Positions 23,317 to 36,929 are shown, numbered from the stretch's first letter. The stretch is 64,000 bases of DNA from Eledone cirrhosa (GCA_964016885.1 OZ024745.1:109182001-109246000); one strand, 5' to 3'. Notes: generated by a model from the letters alone, not told the origin. Numbers and translations are program-made.

Positions 23317-25487
23317 CATCATCATCATCATCGTTTAACGTCCATCTTCCACGCTTGCATGGGTTTGGACGGGAATTTTCCCACTTGAGGCAAGATTGGT
23401 TGTCTTGCTCGTATAGGACTGTCTGGCGAGTTTTCTATGGCTGGATGCCCTTCCTAACACCAACCACGTTTACAGTGTGGACTGGGAGGTTTTTACCGTG
23501 TTACCTACACGGCCACATTACAGCGTGGACTGTGTGTTTTTTTTTGTCGTGACACCTACACAACCTCATTTGTTTCGGACTGGATGTTGTGGTACCAACA
23601 TAACTTTACATCGAAAGGGGTGGTGTGGATGGGGTGGGGGTAGTGGGACGGGTGTGTATTTTTGTTAAGAGGTGCCTACTGACTGTAGGTTTCGCTTTGT
23701 ACTTAGGTCTTCTGTATTATTGTGTAGCGCCAAAGATCTCGGTCCAGTGACATTGTCTTGGAGAGGTGTAAGTGTGTGAGGTCGGAATTTATCAAGTCGT
23801 CCCAGGTTTTTCTGGGTCTGCCTACTCCGTGGCTACCGTCTATTTTTATCGCCTTGCACTTTTTTATACAGCTGTCGTCTTTCATGCGCATCACGTGACC
23901 ATACCAACGTAGTCTTCTCTCGAGTAAACAACATCTGATTCCTCTTATTCCTAATTTCTCCCTTAGTTCATTTATGCTTTGCCGTTCACGTATATTACTA
24001 TTACACATCCAACGGAGCATGCAAGCTTTGTTCCTCTCCAGTCTGCGTACATCCTCTGCACACAATGCCCAAGTCTCACTGCCATGTAACATTGCTGTTC
24101 GTATGCAGGCATCATACAGCCTGCCTTTCATTTTTAGAGAGAACCCTTTAACGGCCAATAGTGGTATAAGCTATCTGAACTTTTTCCATCCTGTTCTGAC
24201 TCTAGCTACTGTACTTTCAGAGCACCCTCCACCACTGCTGATTTTGTCACCCAGGTAACGGAAGGTGTCCACTATTTCTATAGAACCATCTGTGCAATGG
24301 AATGAGCTAGTATTCTGTGGGCACTTGCTGCTACTTATTGCACCTGAGCACCGGCCTCATATAAAATCTATATTCTTAGTTAGCTTACCTGTGATCCCAC
24401 TACATCTTTTATGCACCTATACTTTGCATTTGGGACATAAAATGGAGTTTCTGCCTACTTCTTTCATACACACTGAGCATGGCCATTTCCCAGATGGGAC
24501 CAGTGCCCTATTTTCCTTCCTACAAACTAGAACTTTAGTGTTAGACACGTTCATTTTAAGGCCTTTTGATTCTAGGCCATGCTTCCATGTTTGGAATTTC
24601 TTCTCTAGTTCAGCCATTGATTCAGCTATGAGCGTTAGATCATCTGCGTATAGGAGTTCCCATGGGCAGCCAGTCTTGAACTCCTCTGTTATAGCCTGAA
24701 GGGCAATAATAAATAGTAGGGGGCTAAGGACGGAGCCCTGATGAACACCAACTTTTACGCTAAACTCTTCACTATATTCGTTGTTAATTCTAACCTTGCT
24801 GACTGTTTATTTATACATGGCTTGTATAGCTCTCACAAGCCATTCATCAACACCTAGTTTTCTAAGAGCCCACCAGATAATGGAGCGGGGTTCTCTGTCA
24901 AAGGCTTTCTCCAAGTCAACAAAAGCTAAGTATAGGGGTTTACTTTTTAGCTAGGTACTTCTGTAGTTGTCGTACAATGAAAACACAAACCCGAACTGCA
25001 TTTCATCTAGATCAATTCGTTCTCTGATTAGTTGCGCTATTACTTTTTCTGTGACCTTCATGACCTGGTCAATTAATTTAATGCCTCTATAGTTTCCCCT
25101 ATCTAGGGCATCTCCTTTACCCTTGTAGCAGTTAATGATGATGCTGCTACGCCAGTTCTTCGGAACGACCCCATTCTATATGACTTGGTTTACTATCCGG
25201 GTGACCATAGTGTGTCCCACCGTTCCAGATGCTTTCATCATTTCAGCAACTATTTCCGAAGGCCCAGCCGCCTTGCCTGTCTTCATATCTTTGATCGCCT
25301 TACTTATTATACTACCTTCAACTTGCACTGCTGGTCCCTCTATTGGATCGATGTGGGGGAGACTGTCTTTCTCCCAATTATTCTCCTCATTTAGTAGCCT
25401 TTCGTAGTGACACTTCCAAGCTACCTTCTTATCAGCGTCAGTGATGGTAAGTACACCATCATCATTAAGGACACACTTCTCTCCGAC
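23316..25487 (-). mobile_element. 5'-truncated, decayed RTE-clade LINE (RT domain, C-terminus, 3' UTR, (GAT)n tail)
   Basis: GKAAGPSEI, YKGKGDALDRGNYRGIKL, QFGF, AFVDLEKAFD, GVHQGSVLSPLLF, ELLYADDL (~24640), RRLRWYGHVMRM, GRPRKTW; internal stops and frameshifts. Confidence 0.95.
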
Positions 25488-25619
25488 GTATATATATAAC
25501 AGTTATGTGTGAGCAAGACACAGTCACCTGACCAAACTTGCCTCAATTGGGACAACCCGTCTAACCCATGCTAGCGTGGAAAAATGGATGTTAAACGATG
25601 ATTATATATATATATATAT

Positions 25620-25720
25620 AAGTAGTTCCACTACAGTTAGTTCACCATACTGAGAACTACCAAACTCGTCCCATGGACTGAGTGTTCTACTACTATGGAT
25701 ATAACCCTCCAGTGTTCTAC
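25620..25720 (-). mobile_element. Family F copy lacking the hammerhead loop
   Basis: ACAGTTAGTTCACCATACTGAGAAC joined to TACCAAACTCGTCCCATGGACTGAGTG...CCAGTGTTCTAC; TA flanks. Confidence 0.7.
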
Positions 25721-25749
25721 TTTATATATATACAGTATATATATAAATA

Positions 25750-25781
<32 letters not shown>

Positions 25782-25978
25782 CATAGATCGAACCTTGAGC
25801 TGATCAGTGGCGAAACGCGCGTCACCTATCAATAAATGCAATGAAGGAATAATCAATCGTCCTTTTTATCCTTTCTATATATTACACTCTGTATAGCTCT
25901 ACACCTCATCACAGAAGTGAACCTAAACATCGAGTGCTCTCCCGGGTGAACCTGCAGTAACTCCTAGTTACACGCCCT

Positions 25979-26041
<63 letters not shown>

Positions 26042-26042
<1 letters not shown>

Positions 26043-26206
26043 CGAAGGAAATGTGGTAAGGAACCAGGTGCACCATAACGCACCAAAGTACTCAATACTT
26101 AGGGTAGTAGAGTGGGTAATAGGAACTAAAATTCTGGACTAAAAATTAGTCCAGAATTAGCCGTCGAAACGGCTTGAGCTCAGCCGTCGGGGTCCTACTC
26201 GTTCCT
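26042..26206 (+). mobile_element. Family E short element in (TA)n with hammerhead 3' half
   Basis: AATTCTGGACTAA-AAA-TTAGTCCAGAATT hairpin, then GAAAC-GGCT-TGAGCTC-AGCC-GTC (26166-26188). Confidence 0.8.
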
Positions 26207-27149
26207 ATATATATATATATATATATATATACATGGATTTTAGACACTTAAATAGTAAGTCAATAAGGTAGTCTTAATTTGGTTACAGGTTACGCTAGAA
26301 AAAACAGCAAAATCTCACTCAAATCTCACCTCATTGTCTTAAAAAGAGGAGAATACATTAGAAAATATAGTTGAAGACACTGTATTTGAAGAGAAAATGT
26401 GCTGGTATGCCTTTATTATAGGACCACCCCATCAGAGATAACCAGAGGTTCAATGACAGCAACAACCTTTTATTGAGATTGTGCATGATTTATATTGTAT
26501 TTCTAATGTTTGCATTGTACCAACTTTTCTCAAACAATTAATATTCCATGTCTAACACAGCTTCATATAAACTATATTGCTTTATAATTTATATTGTAGG
26601 CAGCAAAGTGGCTGAGCAGTTAGAATGTGAGATGGAATGTTCTGGGTCTTTACACTTTGAGTTCAAATTCCACCAAGGTCAACTTTGCCTTTTATTTATT
26701 TCATGTTGATAAATAAATTACCACTCCAATACAGTTCTCTATTTGAGAACTATGAATTAAATAGCCTCACCGACCTACAATAGGCCTAGCGTGGTGAGTA
26801 GAGCTACACCCCTGACATAACCAAAACCAAACAGAAACTGGTGGAGGTCAACCAGGGAGGGGTTCCTACAACAGGAATGAGAAGGTATTGGATCGGATTG
26901 GAAACTGAGGAATGCTCCATCAAGTCGTCCAACCAGTGCAAGCATGTAAAAACAGTGATGATGATGATGATGATGATGATGGAGGTTTTTTATTGTTGTA
27001 TTTTTGGGGGTTTTTTAGAGTATTTATTGATTGTTTGTTATCTTTTTTTTTATCATTTCTTCTTATTCCCACCTGCTTCTATCGTCTTTAACCTGGAAAC
27101 AATGGCAGATTAAAGAAATGTTCTAGAATTGGAACACTTATCAGTTAAC

Positions 27150-28300
27150 AGTTGTTATTTAGCCCTAGGTCACCCATCACAGATCAGTTATATGATGAAA
27201 GGCCTTCCAGTTGTCACTATTTTGTCTGACTTTTTGTTTGTTTATTTGTTTTCTTTTCAGACATAGTATATCTAAAACTACATTATCTAATATAGCCTTT
27301 TCTTTTTAAGATGGAAGGATATGAGTCATGTGTGGAATTCTGTTGCTGTTTTTGACAGAACAAATGACCTTGTAAAGTGTTCCTCATTTGTTTGTTTAGC
27401 CCCAAATCATCTCTAATCTAGTAATCATACATGATGAAAGGTGCCCCAGCCACAGCTTTGTAATATTTCTTTTAGCTAGAATGTATTTTGGACTACATTA
27501 TGCAATGGTTCCTTACATGACACTTTTTTTAGTGATAATGTCATTGTTGGCTAATTTCAAGGCTATTTCTAGCAAGTTACATGCCATATATGGATTCTTT
27601 TGTCAGTTTTAGTTTATACTTGCTTTTCTTGCTCTTGTTTAATTAAACCCAGGTAAATTATGGTTGAGATGTATGGTCCACACAATTCTCTTTTTGCAGG
27701 AATAAACTACCTACAACTATATTATACAATGTGTCCATTTTATTTGTGGGAGATTTAGCTGGTATTTCTAGATGTTGATGTCATTGTAGATTAGCTCTAG
27801 GTCAGCCCTGATTGAACAGAGAAATTATCAAAGGCATTTCAGCTGAGTCTAGCTTATCATGTTGATTTTTAGTGTTGATTTTATAAAAGACTACATTATT
27901 GATTTTGTTATTCCTGTTTTTATATGATAGTGTGGTTTAAGGGAGGTTAATCATTATTTCTAGCAGGTTGAGTGACCATATATAAACCTCTTTGGTTCAC
28001 TTATCAGTTATATTTCCTCATCAAGGATTTGCTGTAGTTGCTGCTATTCTCGTTATTGTTGCTTTTGTATAATATAGTGTAATGTAGTCTGATGTAGTAT
28101 AGTGTAATGTGGGATGGTATAGTGTAAGATCAAATATATCTATGATCAAAAGCATTCCAACAAAGACTACTTCATTTTCTTATATACAATGAACCCAGAA
28201 ACGAATGATCAAAAATATAATTTTTTTGTTTTTTTCAAAACGTTTGGATGAGATTTGTAGTAGATTTTGCTGTTATTTCTTGCAGGTCAAGAAAATAAAA
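27150..28300 (+). repeat. Cluster of about five decayed head-to-tail family D units
   Basis: Recurrent TTTAGCCC..GGTCA, TGATGAAAGG..TTCCAG, ACTACATTAT and TATTTCTAGCAGG motifs at ~200-260 bp spacing. Confidence 0.65.
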
Positions 28301-29834
28301 GGTTTTGTTTGTGGTAGAAATTCTGTTAATGCAATGAGGTTAGAAGGATGGGTAACTGTAAGCTGTATTTGGTAAGTAGTTTGTAGCTGTAGTTTAAGAT
28401 GCATTGGTCTGTGACTGTAAATTGTGCATCTATTCAGTTTCAAAGATCATATGATTTGTCGAGGTTGCTTAGCCCATTCAGAGAAACAAAATAAATATGA
28501 AATATATAACTAGAATCATGCTGTGTTTAGCTGTTGTTTATTACAATGGAGGCAGCGAATTGGCAGAGTCAAATCTTGCCGAGGTCAACTTTGCCTTTCA
28601 TCCTTTTGAAGTAAATAAAAAAGTACCAGTCTAGTAAAGGGGTCGATTCTTCCTCTATATCTTTTTCTTATTTCCTCACTCACAAGCTATCTTTCTCTGG
28701 AAGAAATCTGCTGTACTCAGGACTGAAGAGGGACGGGCCCCGCCAGGCTTAAAATGCCCCAAAAAGTGTTGTATGTCAATACGGCGCCCCTACAAGGTGT
28801 TACAGGACCATATCATACAAAATTACAATGGAATGTTGTTAGGTCAAGATTTTAAGTGAGTTGGACAGCTGAAAAACATGGTCAGTAATGTTTGGGAAAG
28901 AACAGTTTCATGAGCTGGAAGTTAAATTTCCTGAATGAGAGATTACTAACTCTAGGGTCACATGACTGCTGGCATCCAGTCTTTAGAGAGGGGAAAGAGT
29001 GAATTAACTCTTTTATAATAGTCCATTGTCAAGGTTAGTTCATTTCTTGTATAATCCTAACTTCTGTAGCAGTAGTAGTTGAAAATATGCAATAGAGAAC
29101 CTGGATGGTTTGAATCCATGCTGTAAAACACTATTGATAAATTATTTTCATTCAAATAAAAGCAGTTTTATGGTAGCCTGCTTTCTTTTACATGAAAGTA
29201 AGATGACTTTGGATGTCATTAAACTTGTAAATTGGTTGACATAATGCTCCTGGTGATTCTCTGGAAAATTAGTATGCCTGTTGTTATTGGTATTTAATTA
29301 AATAAGTCACAAATCAAATATGTGGGTTTTAGTTCATATTCAAACATCTCAAATGTAGGTTTCCCCTTTTCATACAAGTGATTTGCTAAAGCCTTTAAAT
29401 TCCCAGGAGTTTTTCAAGTGTAATGCTTAGCTCTTGTTTCATAGCCTTAAGCTCATGAGAGATAAATCTTTCTCTTTCTCTCTAGAACAGAGGTCAGCAC
29501 TAGATTTACATAATTAATGTATAATTTAAGATAATAGTCAAAATGATAGAGTGTTGAAGTTGAGCATCCCATAGATTTTTCCCTGCTTGAGGGTATGTAC
29601 AAATATAGTACTGAATAATGAAGTGAAATTAAAACTGTTATAATATAATTTGAAGCATGAACATAGAAACTTTACAGGCACTGCAGTTAAGTACACAACA
29701 TATAAGTAGAGCCCAATGCACTAAACAGAAGTACACTATATTGCACTACATTAGAATATACCACATGTGTTGTATTGAGTATACCACATGTGTTGTATTG
29801 AGTATACCACATGTGCTGTATTGAACCTCTGTTG

Positions 29835-30135
29835 GTTCCAATATTCATTGTTCCAGTCATTTAAGCAATGTAACAGCCTACTCAAGAAATTAATTTGCAA
29901 GTGGCTAAGCATTCTATAGACACATCTACCTTTAACGTAGTTCTCAGGGAGATTCAGCATGACACAATGAGTGAGATGGGTGGCCCTTTGAATTACAGAC
30001 ACAACTCATTTTTGCCTGTTCAGTGGATTGGAGAAATATGAAAAAAAGAATCTTGCTCAAGGACACAAAGCTGTACGAGGAATCAAACTTGTGACCTTGT
30101 GATTGTAAGCCAGAAACTCTAACCACTAAGCCAGC
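29835..30135 (-). mobile_element. SINE family B2
   Basis: Reverse complement of 14696-14992, with tRNA-like head GGCTTAGTGGTTAGAG. Confidence 0.85.
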
Positions 30136-30151
30136 TGTGTTCTCTAGTGTG

Positions 30152-32386
30152 CTACATACACTACAGACATTGCACTACATTACAGTAAACAATACACACT
30201 ATACTATGTTATAGTATATTACTGTACATAACACTACACTACAGACATTGCACTACATTACAGTAAACAATACACACTACACTATGTTATAGTATATTAC
30301 TGTACATAACACTACACTACAGACATTGCACTACATTACAGTAAACAATACACACTACACTATGTTATAGTATATTACTGTACATAACACTACACTACAG
30401 CCCATTGCACTACATTACAGTAAACAATACACACTATACTATGTTATAGTATATTACTGTACATAACACTACACTACAGACATTGCACTACATTACAGTA
30501 AACAATACACACTATACTATGTTATAGTATATTACTGTACATAACACTACACTACAGACATTGCACTACATTACAGTAAACAATACACACTATACTATGT
30601 TATAGTATATTACTGTACATAACACTACACTACAGACATTGCACTACATTACAGTAAACAATACACACTACACTATGTTATAGTATATTACTGTACATAA
30701 CACTACACTACAGCCCATTGCACTACATTACAGTAAACAATACACACTATACTATGTTATAGTATATTACTGTACATAACACTACACTACAGACATTGCA
30801 CTACATAACAGTAAACAATACACATTATACTATGTTATAGTATATTACTGTACATAACACTACACTACAGACATTGCACTACATTACAGTAAACAATACA
30901 CACTATACTATGTTATAGTATATTACTGTACATAACACTACACTACAGACATTGCACTACATTACAGTAAACAATACACACTACACTATGTTATAGTATA
31001 TTACTGTACATAACACTACACTACAGCCCATTGCACTACATTACAGTAAACAATACACACTATACTATGTTATAGTATATTACTGTACATAACACTACAC
31101 TACAGACATTGCACTACATTACAGTAAACAATACACACTATACTATGTTATAGTATATTACTGTACATAACACTACACTACAGACATTGCACTACATTAC
31201 AGTAAACAATACACACTATACTATGTTATAGTATATTACTGTACATAACACTACACTACAAACATTGCACTACATTACAGTAAACAATACACACTATACT
31301 ATGTTATAGTATATTACTGTACATAACACTACACTACAGACATTGCACTACATTACAGTAAACAATACACACTATACTATGTTATAGTATATTACTGTAC
31401 ATAACACTACACTACAAACATTGCACTACATTACAGTAAACAATACACACTATACTATGTTATAGTATATTACTGTACATAACACTACACTACAGTAAAC
31501 AATACGCACTACACTATGTTATAGTATATTACTGTACATAACACTACACTACAGACATTGCACTAGATTACAGTAAACAATACACACTATACTATGTTAT
31601 AGTATATTACTGTACATAACACTACACTACAGACATTGCACTAGATTACAGTAAACAATACACACTACACTATGTTATAGTATATTACTGTACATAACAC
31701 TACACTACAGACATTGCACTAGATTACAGTAAACAATACACACTATACTATGTTATAGTATATTACTGTACATAACACTACACTACAGCCCATTGCACTA
31801 CATTACAGTAAACAATACACACTATACTATGTTATAGTATATTACTGTACATAACACTACACTACAGACATTGCACTACATTACAGTAAACAATACACAC
31901 TATACTATGTTATAGTATATTACTGTACATAACACTACACTACAGCCCATTGCACTACATTACAGTAAACAATACACACTATACTATGTTATAGTATATT
32001 ACTGTACATAACACTACACTACAAACATTGCACTACATTACAGTAAACAATACACACTATACTATGTTATAGTATATTACTGTACATAACACTACACTAC
32101 AGACATTGCACTACATTACAGTAAACAATACACACTATACTATGTTATAGTATATTACTGTACATAACACTACACTACAGACATTGCACTACATTACAGT
32201 AAACAATACACACTATACTATGTTATAGTATATTACTGTACATAACACTACACTACAGTAAACAATACACACTATACTATATTATAGTATATTACTGTAC
32301 ATAACACTACATTACAGTAAACAATACACACTATACTATGTTATAGTATATTACTGTACATAACACTACACTACAGCCCATTGCAC
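30152..32386. repeat. 78-bp tandem satellite, about 29 units
   Basis: Unit CACTACAGACATTGCACTACATTACAGTAAACAATACACACTATACTATGTTATAGTATATTACTGTACATAACACTA; register 30166, 30244, 30322, 30400. Confidence 0.98.
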
Positions 32387-32404
32387 CTAGCTATAGTACA
32401 GTAC

Positions 32405-32700
32405 GCCAGATATACAAGGAGTGTCCTGACTATTCAAACGATAGAATAGCCATCTCATGAAATTAATATGTAAGTGATTCAGCATTCCACTGACACATGC
32501 ACAATGTAATTCTCAGGGAGACTCAGCATGACACATTCTGTGACAAGGTTAGTAATTTACATTACAGGTACAACTCACATAATACTAGCTAATGTGGACT
32601 GGAGCAATGTGAAATAAAGTGGCTTGCTCAAAGACATGTCATTGAGAAATGAACTTGTGACATTAAAATCATGAATCAAACATGCTAACCACTAAGTACT
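32405..32700 (-). mobile_element. SINE family B2, decayed
   Basis: TTCTCAGGGAGACTCAGCATGACAC and GGAGCAATGTGAAATAAAGTGGCTTGCTCAAAGAC match 29835-30135. Confidence 0.8.
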
Positions 32701-32860
32701 TTTGTTGATCCTCTAACTCAGTTTCCCACTTTCTTGCTCTCTCTTATTCTCTCTCTCTCCCCCCTCTCTCTCTCTCTCTTTCTCTTGCTCTCTCTCTCTC
32801 CCCATTTCTCTGGGAGAAATAAGCTATGTTCTAACTTGGAGAGGGATGAATTCTACCAGT

Positions 32861-33088
32861 TTAATCCTCTAACATTTAAACCGGCCATATCCAGCCAGAA
32901 CTACCTCACCTCTTTCTGTTCAAACCGGTTGTATCTGGCCACTCATACTTACATTAAGGTACTGTTCGCAAAATAGATAATAACAAAATCTCGTAGATTC
33001 AATATTATGTGAGATAATTATGTAAGTAAAGCCTTTACTATGAAAATACAATAGTAAATATAGAGTAATGTAAACACTAAAGGGGTAA
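32861..33088. mobile_element. piggyBac-type MITE, decayed
   Basis: Homologous to 40476-40700 and 63194-63421; ends TTAATCCTCTAACATTT / AAACACTAAAGGGGTAA. Confidence 0.75.
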
Positions 33089-34144
33089 ATGCTGAAAAAT
33101 ATAACAGCCACATTACTCTACAACAGCCACACTATAACTCCACCAGAAGTTAAGAGCCCATGGATGAAACTTCCAAAAGATTTGACTGCTATTTCTAGTA
33201 GGTCAAACAACCGCAGATCCTTGTTTTAGTTGTTGTTACTTAGCCCTAGATTGAGCTGGTATATAATTATTAGTATCAGCTGTAACCATTTCTATGAGGT
33301 CAAGTGACCACATATAGGCTTTTTCATTGTCAATGATGTAGTTGATGTTGTTGATAATGAGAGTAAAGAAGGGGGTGATTCTGTAGAGTATATATGTTAC
33401 ATGAGTTGTGTGGATTATGATATATTATTGGGTGGCAACTATAGAATATGAGTTGTTGGGGGGTGTATGGGATATATCACTGTATTGAGTATCGATTATC
33501 GATTATGTAAGAATATATGCTGTAATATATTATGTAAGAATATATTACTGCGAGTTAATTCTGTAGACTATGTGCTGAGAGTTGTGTTATTTAATTAGGA
33601 GGTGATTTTGTAGCATATGTGACATGTAAGTTGTGTTATTCAATTAGGTGTTTATTCTTCTGAACCGTGTTCTCCAAACTTCTTTTGTCACAGAACCCCT
33701 AAACAACTTTCCAAAAGTTGCAGAACCCATATCTATTTTTAACTGACAACTCCATGTGGTTTCATGTTTAGTCCCACTGTGTGACACTTTGAATGACATT
33801 CTACTATAGCTTCAGGTTGGCAAATGTTTTTTTGTGAATGAAAACTGGTAACCAGAAACTGTGCAGAAGCCCACCAATAGGTATGTATCCATTGTTATTT
33901 ACATTTAATATTTGTATATGTACCATAGCCAAGCAGTTCGACAAATAAAGATTGAAGTGACTGGAAGAAGGAAATAAAGAAAGGTAACGTACAAGATAAG
34001 TTTACACACATAGATCAGCTCTCTTTGACATCATTTAGCTGTTTTAATGGTTGTTCTGGTGATAAGTTTTCTCACTTTTATATGTATTCAAATACACTCT
34101 CGCTTCATCTCGATCAGAGATAACATTGTCTATTATTATTATTA

Positions 34145-34580
34145 GGCAGTGGTTTGGCAGTATTGGTAGAGCGTCAGACACCATGCTTTGCAGCATAGGA
34201 GTTATGGCCCTTTACGTTCTGAGTTAAAATCCCGCCGAGGTTAACTTTGCCTTTTATCCTTACGGGGGGTCGATAAAATAAAGTACCAGTCACGCACTGG
34301 GGTCGATTTAATTGACTTTCCCCATCCCCAAAATTGCTGGCCTTGTGCCTATATAAGAAACCATTATTATTATTACTTCAGGCGGTGGATTGGCAGTATC
34401 AGTAGAGGGTTGGACGCCATGCTTTCCAGGATAGTTACGTCCCTTAATGATCTGAGTTCAAATCCTGCCGAGGTTGACTTTGCCTTTCATCCTTACGGGG
34501 GTCGATAAAATAAAGTACCAGTAATGTACTGGGTAATTGCTGGCCTTGTGCCCAAAATAGAAACAATTATTATTATTATT
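34145..34580 (+). mobile_element. Two tandem SINE family A copies (34145-34375, 34381-34580)
   Basis: Both full length; the second is flanked by a direct repeat ATTATTATTACTTCA (TSD-like). Confidence 0.92.
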
Positions 34581-34639
34581 ACTTCACTGTTATTATGGTT
34601 GTCTAACTTAAACATACTATGTCTTTGGACAAGGTTAGT

Positions 34640-34975
34640 ATCATCATCATTTTTATGCCCACTTTTCCATGCTTGCATAGATTAGATGTGTCCTCTCTAG
34701 CACAGCCTTTCTCCATTTGTCATGCACGTTCCCTCATTATCTACACTGTGAGCTTCAGTGATTTCAGATCAGCTCCCAACACCTTCCTCCCAAGTCTTCC
34801 TTTACTGCAGCTACCTTCCACTGCGATTTCCTGGTACTTTTTAATCCAGCAATCATCATTCATATGCATCATATGTCTGTACCAACACAGTCTTCTCATT
34901 CCTTTTATAACCATTTTTTCTCTCAGTTCATCCATACTTTGTTGTTCACTCACATTAACACTGCACATCCATTTT
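34640..34975 (-). mobile_element. RTE LINE 3' fragment with tail
   Basis: MCSVNVSEQQSMDELREK..RRLCWYRHMMHMNDDCWIKK..VEGSCSKGR; tail ATGCAAGCATGGAAAAGTGGGCATAAAAATGATGATG. Confidence 0.85.
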
Positions 34976-36224
34976 CAGTAATTTCTTTCAGCCTCTTGGT
35001 TCACTGTTACTCACAAAAGAAATATTAGCAGGATATCTAATGCTATATGTAGAAAGACAAATACTAGAGAGGGATAGAATTAGGATAGATGCAATTATAT
35101 AGAGTAAAGGAGCTTTGTGTTTTTGCTGGAAAGGTTTCTGCATATTATAGTTATGAAAGCAACAACATTTTTGTGCAATTGTAGCTCACCATAACACTAT
35201 TTTAAAAGAATTATGAAAACACGGTCAGTGTAGAAAAATTTAAAGCAAATTTTAGGCAAATCCCGTTAACATTATACAAAACATTTAAACTACAGAGGAG
35301 TTTATATCATATACTATTTTGTTTTGTATTTTTGTATTTATGAATGCGGTTCTCTCTATGAGTGTGGTTCTCTAATGTGTCACTGTAATAATAAGCAGAT
35401 GTATTCCAAAATTGTGTATAAGCTGCATATGCACTTACTAATGTTAAAGATTATTGAAAGATTATTGAAAGATTATCGAATTCCCATTAATAAATAGTTA
35501 TCTCATATTAGGTTTACTATAACGATTGTATTTTCCAGTGTCTAAATCTAGTTCATTATCATCATCATTGTTTATATGTTGATGTTTCCATACTGGCATG
35601 GTTTGGACAGGATTTGTTTAGGCAATGGTTTACAATGCTCTTCCTAACGCTAATTCATTTAGTTGCTTCTTATAACACACTGGGATATGGTGTACCTATT
35701 CTAAATCAGATACAGATTTATATCTAAGATATTCATTACGATTAAATGTTTACCTATTATGAGATTTAAATGTAACTCTTTCCTAACAGTAGTTATAGTG
35801 TGGCCATTCACACTTCACAAAAAAAGTGTATCACCATGGTAAAACCTGAACATTAGGGAGTGAAATCTTTTCTGAAGTAAATTTAAGATGTTAAATTTCC
35901 AAGCCCCAACCACACCTCTTAATATCACAAGGTAACACTAAACAATGCATTGAACAGAAATATAATAACTATAAAATAACAAAGATTTCCTAGCATGTGT
36001 AGCAATGTTGGTGTCCAAATCAATTCTAAAGCTTTCCAATGAAGCAAATGAATTATAATCAGAAAGAACTTTAGAATATGTAGGAAATTCATACAGAAAA
36101 ATAACTTTAAATACAGTTGGTTGTTATAAATAGCTTAGAAAATGTCATTTACTATAGTTTTGGGTTCACCCATGTCTTTTGAGTGAAATTAAGTTGATGG
36201 AAACTGTTTGGAAGCCCATCTGAT

Positions 36225-36700
36225 GGACTGTACTTGTAATTCATTCAATGAGTGGCCACTTTTGACACACAGAATGAGAATTACATTAAGGGTACCGTGT
36301 CTGTAGTGGAGGTGAAAGGCCTAGTGGTAAGGGTATTGGACTTAGGAACATAATGTCATAAGTTTGATCCCTAGACTGGGTTGTGTGTTTTCTTGAGCAA
36401 AACATTTCATTTCATGCTGCTCCAGTATATTCAGCTGAAAATGAGTACCTGCAATAGCTGGGGGTTTAACCCTGTGATGAACTGGTGTCCTATTCAGGGA
36501 GGATTATTGTACTCTCAGTCACTTTAGGCTGTGGAAACCAGGAAAATCACTGTCCTGATGAGCCTTCGGAGTTGAGACAGAATTTATAGACTTTAGACCA
36601 TGGCTATGGAAAACTCAGTCACATACATGTTAATTTCATGAGCTGGCTATTATGTTGATTGAATAATTGAAATATTCAACATTGAAACTGATGGAGATCC
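36225..36700 (+). mobile_element. SINE B3 (36310-36585) nested inside a decayed SINE B2
   Basis: B2 sequence ...ACATTAAGGGTACCGTGTCTGT resumes as CTATGGAAAACTCAGTCAC..ATGTTAATTTCATGAG after a complete tRNA/CORE-like SINE similar to 52717-52985. Confidence 0.7.
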
Positions 36701-36929
36701 ATTCGAACCAGGTAATCTATTATTACATAATGAAAGGGAAATGGCCTGTTTAATATTAACAAACGATGGTATTTAAAATATTTGAATGACTATTTCACGT
36801 TTTTCCGGATTTAATAATAATATGAATTTGGAGATGGCAAGAAAATTATCTTTGGTATCTTAAATGTAACATACTGTTCACATAACACAAATGTTGCCAA
36901 TCTCTCTAACTCTCTCTTTCTGAATGTAG

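Noticed and set aside
23120-26206. Composite transposon with inverted family E ends enclosing the RTE LINE
   Set aside because: Each E copy sits in its own (TA)n tract with a different internal breakpoint, and other E copies are unpaired; independent insertions are simpler.
30152-32386. CRISPR-like regular array
   Set aside because: No unique spacers, no cas genes, eukaryotic context; it is a satellite. The same applies to 50322-51290.
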